From Takakia lepidozioides (Eukaryota; Plantae; Bryophyta): a DNA stretch of 64,000 nucleotides. Shown here one piece after another: positions 40,835 to 53,953 of this stretch (positions are counted from its first letter, which is position 1; every line of letters starts with the position of its first letter). The position numbers and the translations under genes are program-made. The stretch spans positions 71,238,001 to 71,302,000 of the forward strand of contig CM060732.1 in assembly GCA_030704615.1 (NCBI GenBank), written 5' to 3'. The notes under the pieces are model-generated. The model saw only the letters and a list, made by a program, of their open reading frames with translations, made no database searches and was not told the DNA's origin.

Positions 40835-43744
40835 TTACCAGTAATCCCCACAAGAACAAACCCCATCTTGGAAGTGGTGAAAGCGATTGGCATCTCGTAC
40901 AACAACTATTCGCCCAACAATCTTTGAGATAAACTTGGTGGCAGTGTGGCAGTCACCACACACTCGAAGGTTTTTTATAATGCGGATAGGTGCCCCAGGG
41001 GGTGTGCTGATGAGCCCAAAAGCAATGGCCAGCTTCTCACTGTGCCGGCAAAGAGAAAGTTCCTTTTGCTCATCCTCCACATCATGCAAAACATAGCGTG
41101 TGTCAGGCACATACCCAGCCTCCTTCATCCATCCAGACAATCTCTCCAACTCAGCATGGATCTTATCAATTTGGGGATGAGATTTGTCCTCAACAACGAA
41201 TGTATGCACCTGATGGTTGACCTCTATAGAGCTAAACCCTGGCTCCTTTCTGACACCTCTGTCCTCCATCATTTTCCTCACCCTTGCTGCATCATCCCAC
41301 CTGCCAGCTGCAGCATAGATGTTTGATAGCAGCACATAAGCCCCAGCGTGTTGGGGATCCCCCTCAAGTAGGCCTTTAGCTGCACACTCTGCTAGCTCCA
41401 CATTGCCATATATTCTACAGGAACCAAGCAAGGCACCCCAAACCGAAGCATCTGGTTCACTTGGCATTTTGTTAATGAAGTCCTCTGCCTCATCCAATCT
41501 CCCTGCCCGGCCAAGAAGGTCAACCATGCAGCCAAAATGCTCCCCTGTAGGAGTGAGGCCATGATCTTGACTCATGGACTCATAATAGTGACAGCCTTCA
41601 TCCACTAGGCCTACGTGGCTACATGCAGAGAGAAGAGAGGTAAAGATGGTATTATCTGGCTTCAAGCCTTGCTGTTGCATTTGTTCAAATAGTTGGATAG
41701 CCAACCTGCCAAACCCATGCTGAGCATATCCTGCAACCATGGAGCTCCATGAGACCACATCCTGTTGCGGCATACTATCGAACAGGTGACGCGCTTCCTT
41801 TACACTCCCGCATTTGGCATACATGTCGACCAGAGTATTCTCCAGAATAATATCTAGCACAACTCCACTTTTGGTGATGTCAGCATGGACCTGCTTGCCG
41901 TTCTCCAATGCTCCTAGGCTGGCACATGCATTGAGAACGCAAGAGAACGTGACCCTGTCGGGTGTCACTCCTTCCCGTTGCATTTGCTCATAAATCTTGA
42001 AGGACTCAGTACCACACCCATGCTGAGCATATGCTGCAATGATAGCACTCCATGAGACCACATCGCGTTCAGCCATATTTTCAAACACTTGCCGAGCATC
42101 CTTCAAGCTCCCACATTTGGTATACATGTCGATAAGGGCATTGTCCAAATTTATATATGATGCAATTCCAGCTTTCATGATGTCAGCGTGGACCTCTTTG
42201 CCCTTTTTCAGGGCTCCTAGGCTGGCACATGCATTGAGAACAGAAATGAATGTGACCCTGTTGGGTGTCACATGATCCATTTGCATTTGCTCGTAGATCT
42301 TCAAGGCCTCCCTACCACACCCATGCTGAGCATATCCTGCGATCATTGCACTCCATGAGACCACGTCCCGTTTGTTCATGTTGTCAAACACGTGCTGCGC
42401 ATCCTTCATGCTTCCACATTTGGCATACATGTTAACAAGGGTATTCTCCAAATAAAGATATGACGCAATTCCAGCTGTCATAATGTCAGCATGGACCTCT
42501 TTGCCCTTGTCCAGGGCTCCTAGTTTGGCACACGCATTGAGAATGCAAATGAATGTGACCCGGTCAGGCATGACCCCCTCCTGCTGCATTTGCTCATAGA
42601 TCTTGAAAGCCGCCCTATCACACCTCTGCTGAGCATATCCAACAAGCATTGCACTCCATGAGACCACATCTCGTTTAGCCATACTGTCAAACATTTGACA
42701 TGCATCCTTCATGCTCCCACATTTGGCATACATGTTGACAAGGGCATTCTCCAGAATGATATCTGGCACAATTCCTGCTCTGATAATGTCAGAATGGACC
42801 CGTTTGCCCTTTTCCAGGGCTCCTAGGCTGGCACAAGCATTGAGAACACAAGTGAACATGACCCTATCAATTATGACCCCTTCCCGTTGCATTTGTTCAT
42901 AGATTTTGAATGCCTCCTCAGCATGCCCATGCTTGGCATATCCTGCCATCATCATAGTCCATGTAAAGATATCTCGTTCTGGCATTTTGTCAAACACTTG
43001 GCGTGCATCCACAACATTCCCACACTTGGCATACATGTTGATAAGGGTGTTGAGTAGAAAGGCATTTGGCTTGAATCCACTCCGGATAATATGGGCGTGC
43101 ACCTGCTTTCCCCCGGCTAAAAGTTTCATGTTCATGCACTCCTGCAAGAGACAGATATAAGTAGGGGGGTCTAGATGAATGCCTTGCTGGAGTAAAATGT
43201 TTAGCGCCTCTTTCAGACGTCCTGCCTTACATAGTGTCCTCACATACCCACAAGTGCCCTGAGAGTCCTTATTGACTCCATCTCTTGGGTCTTGTCTAAA
43301 AGCAGTGGAGGTGCTACCCCTGCCACCAGCCTGATGGCAAACAAACAGCTGGGCTTGATTCAATCCTGACACCCTGCACGTATCCTCATATATTAATTAC
43401 ACGCATATCTCCAAGCTCCTAGATATTTACAAGAAATATTAATATATGACGATGGCATCTTGCTAAATACTAACCAGGTTTAAAAACTACTGAAGTCAAT
43501 CAAAATAAGCTGTACCGATCTTATCTGTTTGTGTTGGAGCCATTGAATCATCATCAAAACCTTACCTATTGAATTCTCGGCCTGGATCTCCTCGGTGTGC
43601 ATTGACATTAGCACTATCACTGGATTGTGCTAGACCTTGTATCATGGCAGCTAGCTCAGCTTTCACCCAAGGTGGGTTCAACCAATTGTCAATACAAAGG
43701 ACCTCCTTTGTGTGCTTCCGTCTGTCTGGTGACCTTGAAATTTT
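40835..43744 (-). CDS. PLS-E-DYW PPR protein (organellar C-to-U RNA editing factor); main exon 43373-40835, upstream exon 43744-43566, further 5' exon(s) likely
   Basis: 845-aa ORF with PLS triplets, E1/E2, PG box, HSEKLA, CGDCH and terminal DYW; phase-2 GT-AG intron 43565-43374 joins the upstream exon in frame. Confidence 0.95.
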
Positions 43745-45355
43745 CTGTGAAAACCACAAGTGCCCAGCTGAGCCATAGCTTGATGAAAGACCAGGCCACC
43801 ATCAAGCATGTTTGACATAACAGAGAGCAACCTTGGAAAACCTTTCGAATTCTAACGTTAAAGCTTTAGCAGCTATTGATTGCCTGAATCTATTCCAGAA
43901 TGCCATTACAGGCATTCAACAGAATCTTTCTCTCTCTTGCCCCTCTGTCTGTAAGCCCTGCCCTTCTCAAGAACAGTGTTGCTGTCAGAGCGTCACCCTG
44001 TCATCACTCTCAGCCTCAGAGGGAAACTTGGTGAGCAATTCCCAAAAACACTGGATTCTGCAGGAATTTGTGGTCACAGCCCAGGCGTGATGACGACCCC
44101 CTGGGATGATTATGAATGTGGGAGGTCACAGAGACTTGCCCATAAGGATCTTGCCAGGTTTCAGGCCATGTATCAAGGTACTTAGTAAGGGTCCGGTGGT
44201 GGTTCATCTGCATCCGTCTTCCCGCTGAGCATCTCTCAACTAAATTGTTCAGTGCATTCAGATTGATAGCGATGCTCCCTCTCTCGCTCATGCAATGAAT
44301 GGAAAGAACAACTGTTTGTAAAAATGTTCGGATATACTTCAGGAGCACTGCGGAAGCTGAGGGAAGGAGGACAAAAGTTGGCAATTAACACACAATCCTC
44401 TCCAGCTCTTGTAATATTCAACGTAATGGGTGTAATTTCTTCTGCAAATGGTCAATGCAACCTCCTTCGCTCATATAAATACAACTTAGAACCCAAGAAA
44501 ATGGCCCAAAGAGTTACATGTGCGTACCCGCCTTCGATTTCTCTGGAGGCCGGGGAGGTGTCATTTCCATCCCTCGCACGGATCCCCTCCCCATAAGCAC
44601 CCCGGAGGATACCCATTGCAGGTCCACATTCTGACCCGAGAATCTGCTGCATAATGTAAGCCCTTCCCTCCCCTCACCGCACGGAGACCACGGAGACCAC
44701 GGAGACCACATGGCGTCGCTTACTGACGGCCTCCCCGCGCTCTCATGCAAGACGAAGCATAAAGCCCGTTCCAGCTCTGCCCCTGTTCACACAGGCCAGC
44801 CCGATTAACGAACCTCCGGATGTATGAAAATGAGCTGCATCCGTCTGCCCGACGTTCATCCAACTCTGGCTCTGGCTACTGACATTATCAGTAGCCCGCA
44901 CTGCCATTATTACCAGCCCAGCTGTACTGTACACTCGATATTATACATGTATTCGTATATTTATCTACCAACGTATACCTCGATATGTTCGTGTACATAG
45001 GCAGGTACACATATGCTATCTGGCGAAAATTTCGGTAATTTTAAAAAATGGACAGTAATATACATGAAATTATTTTTAGGGCAGCCACTTTGAGGGTCAA
45101 CTAGCCGAAGGAAGAACGGAAGCCTGCAAAAACATTGTTATTTATTTATTTGTTTGTTTATTTGTTAATATATTTTATTTTAAAAAAATTGATGACTGCC
45201 CAATCCTAAAAATTAAAAACAAATTTTCCCCTTTTTCATCCTCCATGTTTGTTAATAGAGGTTATTTTTTCCTCTTTTTTATTAATAAAATTTCCAGGGC
45301 CTCTGTCCCCTGTTCTGTAGTTTTTTTTTAAATAAATAAATAAATAATAAAAAAC

Positions 45356-45575
45356 CAACAGTCAGTAGCTCAGTTGGTCAAGTGCACTGAGTGCTACCCA
45401 GACGATTATGGGGTCAAATCTTGCTACTGACGGGTGTGGTATGGTTCCTGGGGTGCCCCATTCCTACGCCTCATGGCGGGTTACTGTGAAAGAGGTTATT
45501 TTCTCCTCTCACTCTTAAGGGGCCTGATTTGTTCGGAGCTGTCGCGCCCAGGTGTTTCCTTTAAAATAAATAAAA
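45356..45575 (+). mobile_element. tRNA-derived SINE, family B
   Basis: A box TAGCTCAGTTGG, B-box-like GGTCAAATC, A-rich tail; second copy inverted at 28185-28398. Confidence 0.75.
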
Positions 45576-47866
45576 AATGTATTCCGCTACGACTTGCTGA
45601 ATAGCCTACGGTAGGTAGTAGGTACCAGGTACCTCTCACCTATACGTATACCGAAAGTTACTGACGGGTAGCATGGATGAATGTGGGATGGGTAGACACG
45701 TTGGTCATCCAAGACGCCACCCGTAGAACTGTCGCTCGTCTCTCTCCTCGATGTCAGTTTTTCTTCTGTGCGAGTGTTCTGTAGTGTGAGGCCGGGGAGC
45801 GGGTGTGAATCCATCGATCGCTTCACTGTAGTGCATTTGTTGGCTTGTGTCTTCGGGGGCCGCACACTCTTATCATCTTCCTGTTTCCGGTTTTGATCTT
45901 AGTAGAATCGTGATGTGAGGTTAGTATCTCCTATTCGAGTCCCCCACTCTCTCTCGTTTTGTGTGGCTAACGTGTGTTGCGGCCCCCTCCCATGCGACCA
46001 TCGTGCAATGGTGTCAGTACGACGAATCCGTCTTCAAAGTGCGATTTTCTGCTTTTCGTATGTAATGAGGTGAGCTTCTTCTTGATCTTTCTCGCTTGTT
46101 GTTACGTCGTCTTTCCATTCTTTTCCAAACGTTGGACTGGAGTCAGTTGTTTAATCCTCTTAAGTGCTCGTTGGATTTCATATAGTCGCCTCAACAGGAC
46201 GCTGAGGACTCAACAATCTACCACAATGGAGTGGAGGTCAGCTTTGTCTGGAAGAACTCTACGTAATTGTTCCGTTTAGATTCTGTGGTTTTGGGCACAC
46301 TTTGTTTTTTCGAATGCGTGTGGCTGATTTGTGCTCTGAGGGTAGATCCTCTTCTTGACCTGGCTTCATAATGTCCAAACTCTAACCAGGAGACGTGCGT
46401 CACTTACTAATTAGAAACAGCAAGCTATTTGCCAAGGTTTTCAATCTGATCAAGTGGGCAGGTTTTGCATGAAACTGCACCAGGAATTGTCACAAGGAGA
46501 TACACGCACTGAATTGTGCTTTAGAATGTAGTATTTATTGACCAATTCTACGTGCTCTGGGTGTAGGTGGCTGTATTGTTAGCTTCGTCTCTGAGTGATA
46601 TAAACTCGTGCATTCTCTGTCGCGTATCAGGCACTTCTCTTCTTTGTGGTTGGCACCTCAGCATGTAGTGAATCACAAACTTTATGCTTCACTAGAGCTG
46701 AAATTTTGAGATACGTAACCACACTCTCGTGATACATAGAGAGCTTATTAAGGTCTTCCCTGATGTTGGAGCTAGCTTGCACCTTGTTCCACTTTTCACT
46801 AGAAATCAGTTCTACTTTCTGGTTTGCAAGTTAAGGCAGAGGTAATACTGGTTATGAATGGATATTTCATATCTCCTGTTTTTCCTTCTCTTATTGCTAG
46901 GTTGTTGGCTATTGTCATGGATCAACTATTGCTGATCCATTGTTACTTAGGGACATGCTGTGTGGGGAAGAGTAGAAGACTAGATTCACAACTAGAAGAT
47001 TGAAAAGGCTCATGAATATATGAGAACAAAAACAGGGATTCGCATGAGAGTAAAAGAGACAAATGCCAGCAATGGAGTTGATCATAGATGTCAGGGGAAG
47101 AAATTGTCTGGAGAGACCATGGAGGAGTTGATAAGTAAGCCTTCAATAATATTATATACCAGAGGTTGTAGAGAGGACCAGACATTTTAGAGATTTGTAG
47201 ACCTCCACCACTAATTTAAGAAGTTCTGTAGATCTCAGCAGCTTTGGGGGAAACTGGCAAAGCAAACCAGTAAAAAGCCTGCTAAGGTAGAGTTTTGGAG
47301 GAAAGTTAGGATTGTTATGGTTTTGATTTGAAAGAGGTATTTAAGAGGTATTTAACAGCTGATTGTGGAGATTTTCTAAACATTCACTTGTCTTCTTGCA
47401 GACAAGTAAGTTGCTCTTCAGCTTGAAGTGGACTCGGCACTTTTGGAAGATGATATATCCCTACGCAACAACCAGGATGTTTCTTGCTCCCGGCATAACA
47501 GACAGGGACTGGGGCATCTCAGGGAAAGTGTGACAATGGAGGTTTAGAGTGAAGGCATGCTCCAGGGTTGATTAATTCTCTTGGTGGAAGTGTTTTGCAA
47601 GTATAGACTATCTTAGTAGGATTTCCGTCGGCTTTGATTATTCCGGTAATCGCGTTTAGCATACATTTAGGATGTGAGATGAACTGTAGAACCTGAAAAG
47701 AGGGCTTGAAAAATACTCGGTGTCAAATAGTTCAGGTCTGGGTGTGCCAGTGAAAAATCTTAGTTGAGAAAGGCATATCACCCCTCTTTCCCTCATATCT
47801 GTAGAATGCCCAGTTTGACCTTTTGGCAGTCCGGGCATGTGAGTTTGGCAAAGTAAGGACTACATC

Positions 47867-48986
47867 ATGCAGCTGTATCATCATCCCCTGTCTATCAGCA
47901 GCCAGAAGGTTCGGATTGCACTGGAAGAGAAAGGTGTGGATTACTCGCCCCACAACATCAACCCTTTGAAGGCCAGAAACTTGGATCCCGACTTTTTCCG
48001 GCAAAATCCCAGTGGCACCCTGCCTGTTCTCAAAAATGGCAGTCGTGTGATATGCGAAAGCCTTCCCATTGTCCAGTAAGTCTCTCCCTACCTTGGATTT
48101 TAGGTGGCTGATGGCTTGACTGTATCATGTGAACATGGTTATGCTGCATGTGTGCAAGCATAATTGGCATGTGATATTAACCTTCCTAAAGCTCGTCATT
48201 GAGTTCCACACCAAGGTATGAATGTCCACCCGAATTTGCCTTAGCAGTGACACACAGCTAACAATGATTTTGTTGAAGGTTTGATTCATGACTGGTGTTG
48301 AGATCCTGCTGTAAAGAGTGAAGGGCAGAATGTGATGCTCTGCCTAGCACAGTAGTGAGAACCAGGAAAGACCACAAGTCATGTATTTGTTTCGCTGCAG
48401 ATATATCGACAGTATCAACGAGGAAGTAGGGGAGAGCAAAGTGAACCGTGAGAAAGTACAAGAATGGATGGAGAAAATTGACAGCTGGGATGCCAAGCCC
48501 TTTACACTCAGCCATGTACCCGAAAGGGTCCTTCTCTTTTTTAGCCGGTTCAAGCGGCGAGTGTTAATTGCTAGAATGGCCAAGAATCCAGATCTCGCCA
48601 ATAAGTACCATTCCAAGCTCAACAGCATGCATGCAATGGAGGAGCAGTTGAAGTCTAGTCAGGCCATTGCAGCGAACAAGCAGGAGTTGGTTGATCTGCT
48701 TGATGCAGCCAACAGCCAGCTAGGGACCACTGAGTTTTTGGCAGGGTTTGAATTCTCCATGGCTGATGCCATGTTGATACCTGTGCTTGCACGTATTGAG
48801 CTGCTGAAATTGGATGAAGAGTTGATCCAACCACAGCTGCGACTTTTGGAGTACTGGGAGAGGATGAAGGAGCGGCCAAGCTACAAGCGAGTGATATTGG
48901 GTTATTCGTCAGGGTTGAAGCAAATGAGGCTTGTGGTGCCATCCATGTTCAACGTTGGCATAAGAAAATTGTTCAGGAGATACTGA
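47867..48986 (+). CDS. TCHQD: Glutathione S-transferase, TCHQD class; exons 47867-48075 and 48401-48986
   Basis: MQLYHHP.S..SQKVR.ALEEKG.DY, FFRQNP...LPV..NG, FLAG.EFSMAD..LIPVLAR, RPSYK.VI, C-terminal R.Y; phase-2 GT-AG intron. Confidence 0.93.
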
Positions 48987-50038
48987 GATAGTCCATTTGG
49001 GTCCTCCCTTTCCACTTTCCCAGTTTTCAAGAGACCATTACCCTTTTGTACTGTCTGCCTGGCTAGCAGTGTGTATGGTGCAAAGGTTTCTGTAGCTGTA
49101 TATGATTTCTCACAACTATAAAGTTAGGCATTTTTTCTAAGAAAGATTAGATTGTGGCCTCACTAAGCAAGTAGTACCTCTCTGGCTATGCACAGTAATG
49201 CAACAGAAGTTACAGGTTTTGGGCCCAACAGCGTTGGCATTGGACTATGCTTACAGCAGGTAATTTTTGCTACCGGGCCGCCGAGAAATGTCCTTTGCCG
49301 GTTCCAAGTAGAAAACAGGTTTCTGAGCATAGTTTATCCAGATAACAACCTTGTCATTCACCAGGGATCATCCTTCAATGTTTGACTAGATCTTGTGAAG
49401 TAGAGGCCTCCTCGTCCATAACGTAATGCAAAGTCGGTGATGAGGCTCCACATACGGGGAAGCCTGACTAGAAGAGACCAGACTCTCTCTAACCTGCCTG
49501 CCGGTAATGCAATTACAACACGCTTGCATGCGTGACCGTAAAACCAAAAGAGTGTGTCATCGCAAGAGGCTCGGAAAGAGAAACAGCGCATGAGGACGTG
49601 ACAGAAGGACCACCATGATGGCGCTGTGTGACATTTCCCCTCATAATCTGATCCCACAGCGGACCCTACCCAATTCTATATCTCATCACCACGAGTAATG
49701 AAAAGTTTGGATGGAAGCTGTAGAGACAACTTGTTGGCGGATAAATCTTCCTCTTCGTAAAGCGAGGCAAGAGTTGGTGGGAAGAAGAGGGCAGCTAAGG
49801 CAGCATGGACGAGACACGGAACGCTCCCGCACAGGACGATTGAGAGAAAGAGAAAGTGAGAAAGAGAAAGAGAGGAGTGGTCCGACAGGAGTTTGAGGGG
49901 GTCGTTACTTATCACTTAGGGTAACTGTACCATTTTAACAACACATCAACTGCTCTGAGAGCGGCATGCCTCTGTGATTTGGAACTAGTTTTGGATGTTC
50001 CTGGGGGAGTGTTCTAGACTGCCGGCACAAAGCGTGTC

Positions 50039-52930
50039 TGTAGACACCTCAATAGGTACCAGGGATTATGCACGGTAAACGTTCGGTTCGCCGGGCGGAG
50101 GGGGTGGTGTCCCTCCTGCCGAATTTGTCCCACATCTTGTAAACCTCTGACAAGACAAAAACGACGACAGTCTTCTCACGGTTTCCTATATCGTATTACC
50201 AATCCCTGTATTCCCTCTTCCATACAACTCAAAACTCCTGCTCACCTACAACTCCCTCCTCGTCACAAACACTTCAACCTCCTCCTTCACAAGCCTCAAA
50301 TCCCAAAAACTCTCAACCCACTTCGTAAACCTTCCTGCACGAGAAACGTAACTTCATTACCCAATAGACTATCAATATTCCATTTACAATCGTGTCTCCA
50401 AAATGACATCTATAATGTTACAAGAAGTCACAAGAAGTCACAAGTTCGAAACGTCTACAATCCTCTTTAATCGATATCTAAGTGATACTCGGATGGTGTA
50501 GTACTCGGATGATATCTCAGTTAATACTAGGGTACCCTGTGCCGTTGTGCCGTTGGCCCAAGTGTCCAGTGTAATAAATCCAAGTGCAATCCTCTTTGTT
50601 TGGGAGATCTAGGCCTAGGGTAGCCTGCGCCATTGGCCCATGTGTTAAGAACTGAAATCTAAGTCCAAGTGCAATCCCCTGTGTATTCAAATAGCGTCTC
50701 CTATGTCAAGGCCCATGTGTGAAGAATTGAAATCTAAGTCCAACTGCAATTTCTTATGTATGTCAAGTTATTTTACTACTAGTGTGAAACTAGCTAGGAA
50801 ATAGCTAGCTTTTACATATTGACATTTGGGATTGGCCCAAGTGTCAATCCAGGGGTCAAGGCAGATTTAGGTCCTGGAGTGGTTATCTTCACGGCAAGCG
50901 CGGGAGGCTCGAGTTGAGCCTCACCGCGCCTAGCTATGGCGCCGTAGTGTGGATTCCCCATGGCGTGGGGTGCACTTGGCTTGACTTGTATTTGAGTGAT
51001 AAGGTTATATATGCATGATTTATGCTTCAGCTTTGTGAGCTCCCATGAGCTTGTGCTTGTATTCTTCTTCTTTATCACTCGAGAAAGATGAGCTCGTATC
51101 TGTGAGTGCCAGATACGAGTTAGTTGTAGCACTTGTGGTTTTTGCTTGAAAATGAGAGAAACCAGGTTGTTATGCAAGGAGCACCGTGGAGCTCTTGGTT
51201 GTTAGAAGCGGAGGCGATGTGGGTTACGAGGTGGTAGACCTTGGCATTCGATCTTCAGTTTCAGAAATGAAAGCACCATGCTGCAGGTAATTCCACATCA
51301 CCTTGATGGTTTCAGATTGTGTACATGCATGAGCAAGCACGATTGGGAAGATGACCAGTCAAGAGTAGGTTATAGTGGCTTTGGTGGCAAAGCTGAGAAC
51401 TGGACTTGGAAATGCGAGCTTTCATTGTGTGAAGGATTGCAAGACCAAGCGAAAGGGCTGATTTAACTTGGGGCAAATCAGTGCACTTTGTGGAGTATGT
51501 TGAGATTGGGTTTCAATCTCGAGCTTCAGCATTGAGAGGGCTCTTGTCATGGCAAGAGCAGGGCTGGAACAGGAGCTAAGAGGTGCGGCAAGGCCATGGA
51601 ATGTGCACCTAGGGTTTCAGAGCTTGGAAAAAGAGCTCTCTTTGGAATTAGAGCTATTATTGGTGGTGTGTGAGGGCCATAAAGAGCAAGAATATCTTGC
51701 TGATTTCCTCACAGCCACCATAGCTCCGTTTTCTTTTTCATGTTGAGCTCTTTTAAGGCGCGGAGCTCAGCTAGTTCACGCCTGGCCTGGAATAGCGACT
51801 GGTGGGGTTGTGACGGCTGTGACCAGTGATCTGTATGGGCATATGCTGGTCTGTGGTGGCCCGTGTTGACATGTGAACGGTCTATGCTAACTCGTGGAGG
51901 CACTGGTGGACTGCCTGAGGACTGGCATGTGGTCTTGAAGGCCAAATGTCGAAGCTCGTGGAGGGCGGTTTGAGGAGTATCTTCATGATATTCCCATGGT
52001 CATGCAAGTGAGAGAAGAGAGGAGAGGAAGAGTGTTGGGATGAGGGCATGCTGGGGTTAGGCATTGTTTTAGCTTCTCTTCCTCGTAGTTTTTCCAGCCT
52101 CTCATTAGGCCAAGACCTTTCCGTAGGTGGAGGCAAGAGTCAGTCCGGGTTTGGGCTGGGGTGTCCTCGCAGGAGCAACACCGTTGAGTTATTTTTGATG
52201 TGGGGGAGTTGTCGTTCTGATTTCTTGTGTTTGGATCCCCTCCATACTTGCATGCTTGACTGTGCGCCATGTTAGTTTTGTGTGGGCGCTTGTTTTTATG
52301 ATTGGTTCGGATTTGATCACCGGCCAGTCTTAGAGCATGTTGTCGATGGTGAGGCTGGGGTGATGACCAGTCAGACCATCATTGTTTCTCCTGTGGTAAG
52401 GTTGGAGATGATGACCAGCCAACCATAGGAGTGTTTGCGGTGGATGCAGGTGCAGGTGTAGGCTATGTTAGGAACCTAGTATTCCAAACCATAAGCCGCA
52501 ATAGGTTGTCTACCCGGTTACCTTGTGGAGAGGGGGTTAGAGACATGTTCATGACCGGTTGAGTGACAGTTTGTCAGCACGGAGGTGCCACTAGTTGCTG
52601 GGGAGAGTGCCGGTTCGAGCACTAGTGATACTAGTGGGTACACGAGACGAGGTGTGCGGTTTAGGCTACCTTCACCTCCTGTGTCTTCTATGGAATGATC
52701 TGATTCGGATTGTGAATCAGGATGACTCACACTGGCGGTGCAAATTGATTCATTGCCATTGTTGTGGGACACAATAGAGGAGATGTATGGAGCTACCAAA
52801 GGGCCACAAAGGTACTCTGGGGCGGTGGGCTCCATCGAGTTGGATAATTTTATCCAAGAGTTTGATAGTTGGTGTGATTTGCAGCAAATGCGCAATCTAC
52901 AACTATTTACGTCTTTCATGGCATGGCAGG
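50039..52930 (+). mobile_element. Probable LTR retrotransposon 5' portion: long LTR (approx. 50039-52513), PBS-like site and start of gag (ATG 52783), truncated near 52927
   Basis: Starts TGTAGACACCT with imperfect inverse AGGTTGTCTAC at 52503; followed by ggttaccttgtggagagg; gag-like MYGATKGPQRYSG...LDNFIQEFDSWCD...FMAW; internal tandem repeats at 50550-50750. Confidence 0.55.
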
Positions 52931-53953
52931 GATGCCTCGGCGTGAGCCTGGTCACGTGAGCGCGTGAGCGCGACTGCGCTCACGCCACGTCACCTTGCGC
53001 AAATGCCACGTCACGGGGCTCAGTCCACGTCATCACACGTGGAGGCCGAGTCACCACGCACCCAGAAAGAAGTGGAGTGTATTCCCGCGGATTGGCACCC
53101 TTTACCGCGGAAACAAGCTGGACGACATAATAAAAGGCATTGAATAAATGATGGATGAATGTACAGTTGGATGATAAACAGATGGATGAGTTTGAAAAAT
53201 CTATGTAGATGGATGAATGACGGATGGATAAGAGTAAAATGGATGAATGTATAATGGATGTTGAGCAATGACAAAAATTCATGACAGGAAGATGCATGAC
53301 CAAATCTTTTGACGAATGCACAAAGTATATGAAATGAGTGTGGAAGGTTTGTGGGGTGGATTAAAGAGTACAGAGGATGAATGTACAATGGATGTTGTAC
53401 AAAGGAAGCTTTCATGAATGGAGCACGCATGAATACAGTGTAGATGAATGCACAATGGATATGAGAAGAGTCAGGAAGGTTTGTGAGATGGATTCATACA
53501 TATAGCAATTTAAACGAAAGTTGATTCTGTGATTATTATTTGTTCTAAAGGAACAACTACGGTAGAGTAAGGGGATTCAACGTTTTCCAGATAATATGAA
53601 AATGAATATTAAAAGAATACAGTTCAGTCTGACTCAGAGTCAGTACAATGTATCCCCTCTTCCTCTGCATCTAAGTCTAAGTATTTTAGAACACCGGATC
53701 CACGCTGGATACACCTACGGCTGGCCACTAAAAAGTCAGGGGATAGGGACTCGGACGCGTGAAGTGCCATTGCTTCGGCATAAACAGGGAGCAGAAAATT
53801 GGAAAGGGGGCTGTCGAAAACAGACTCGCCAGAAATGACTGTATCTCCTGAAGATCCACCGCTGGCTTTCCTGAAAGACAGCCTGAAAAAGTTATTACTG
53901 TAACTTTGATGTTATCGAGAAATTGAGTATGACTCCCAAAGAGGGTTTAGCAC

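Noticed and set aside
40887-43160. Plus-strand ORFs over the DYW gene
   Set aside because: Antisense shadows of the repetitive PPR coding sequence
45356-45430. tRNA gene
   Set aside because: Has A/B-box-like motifs but no cloverleaf, and continues into a repeated body and A-rich tail, so it is a SINE head
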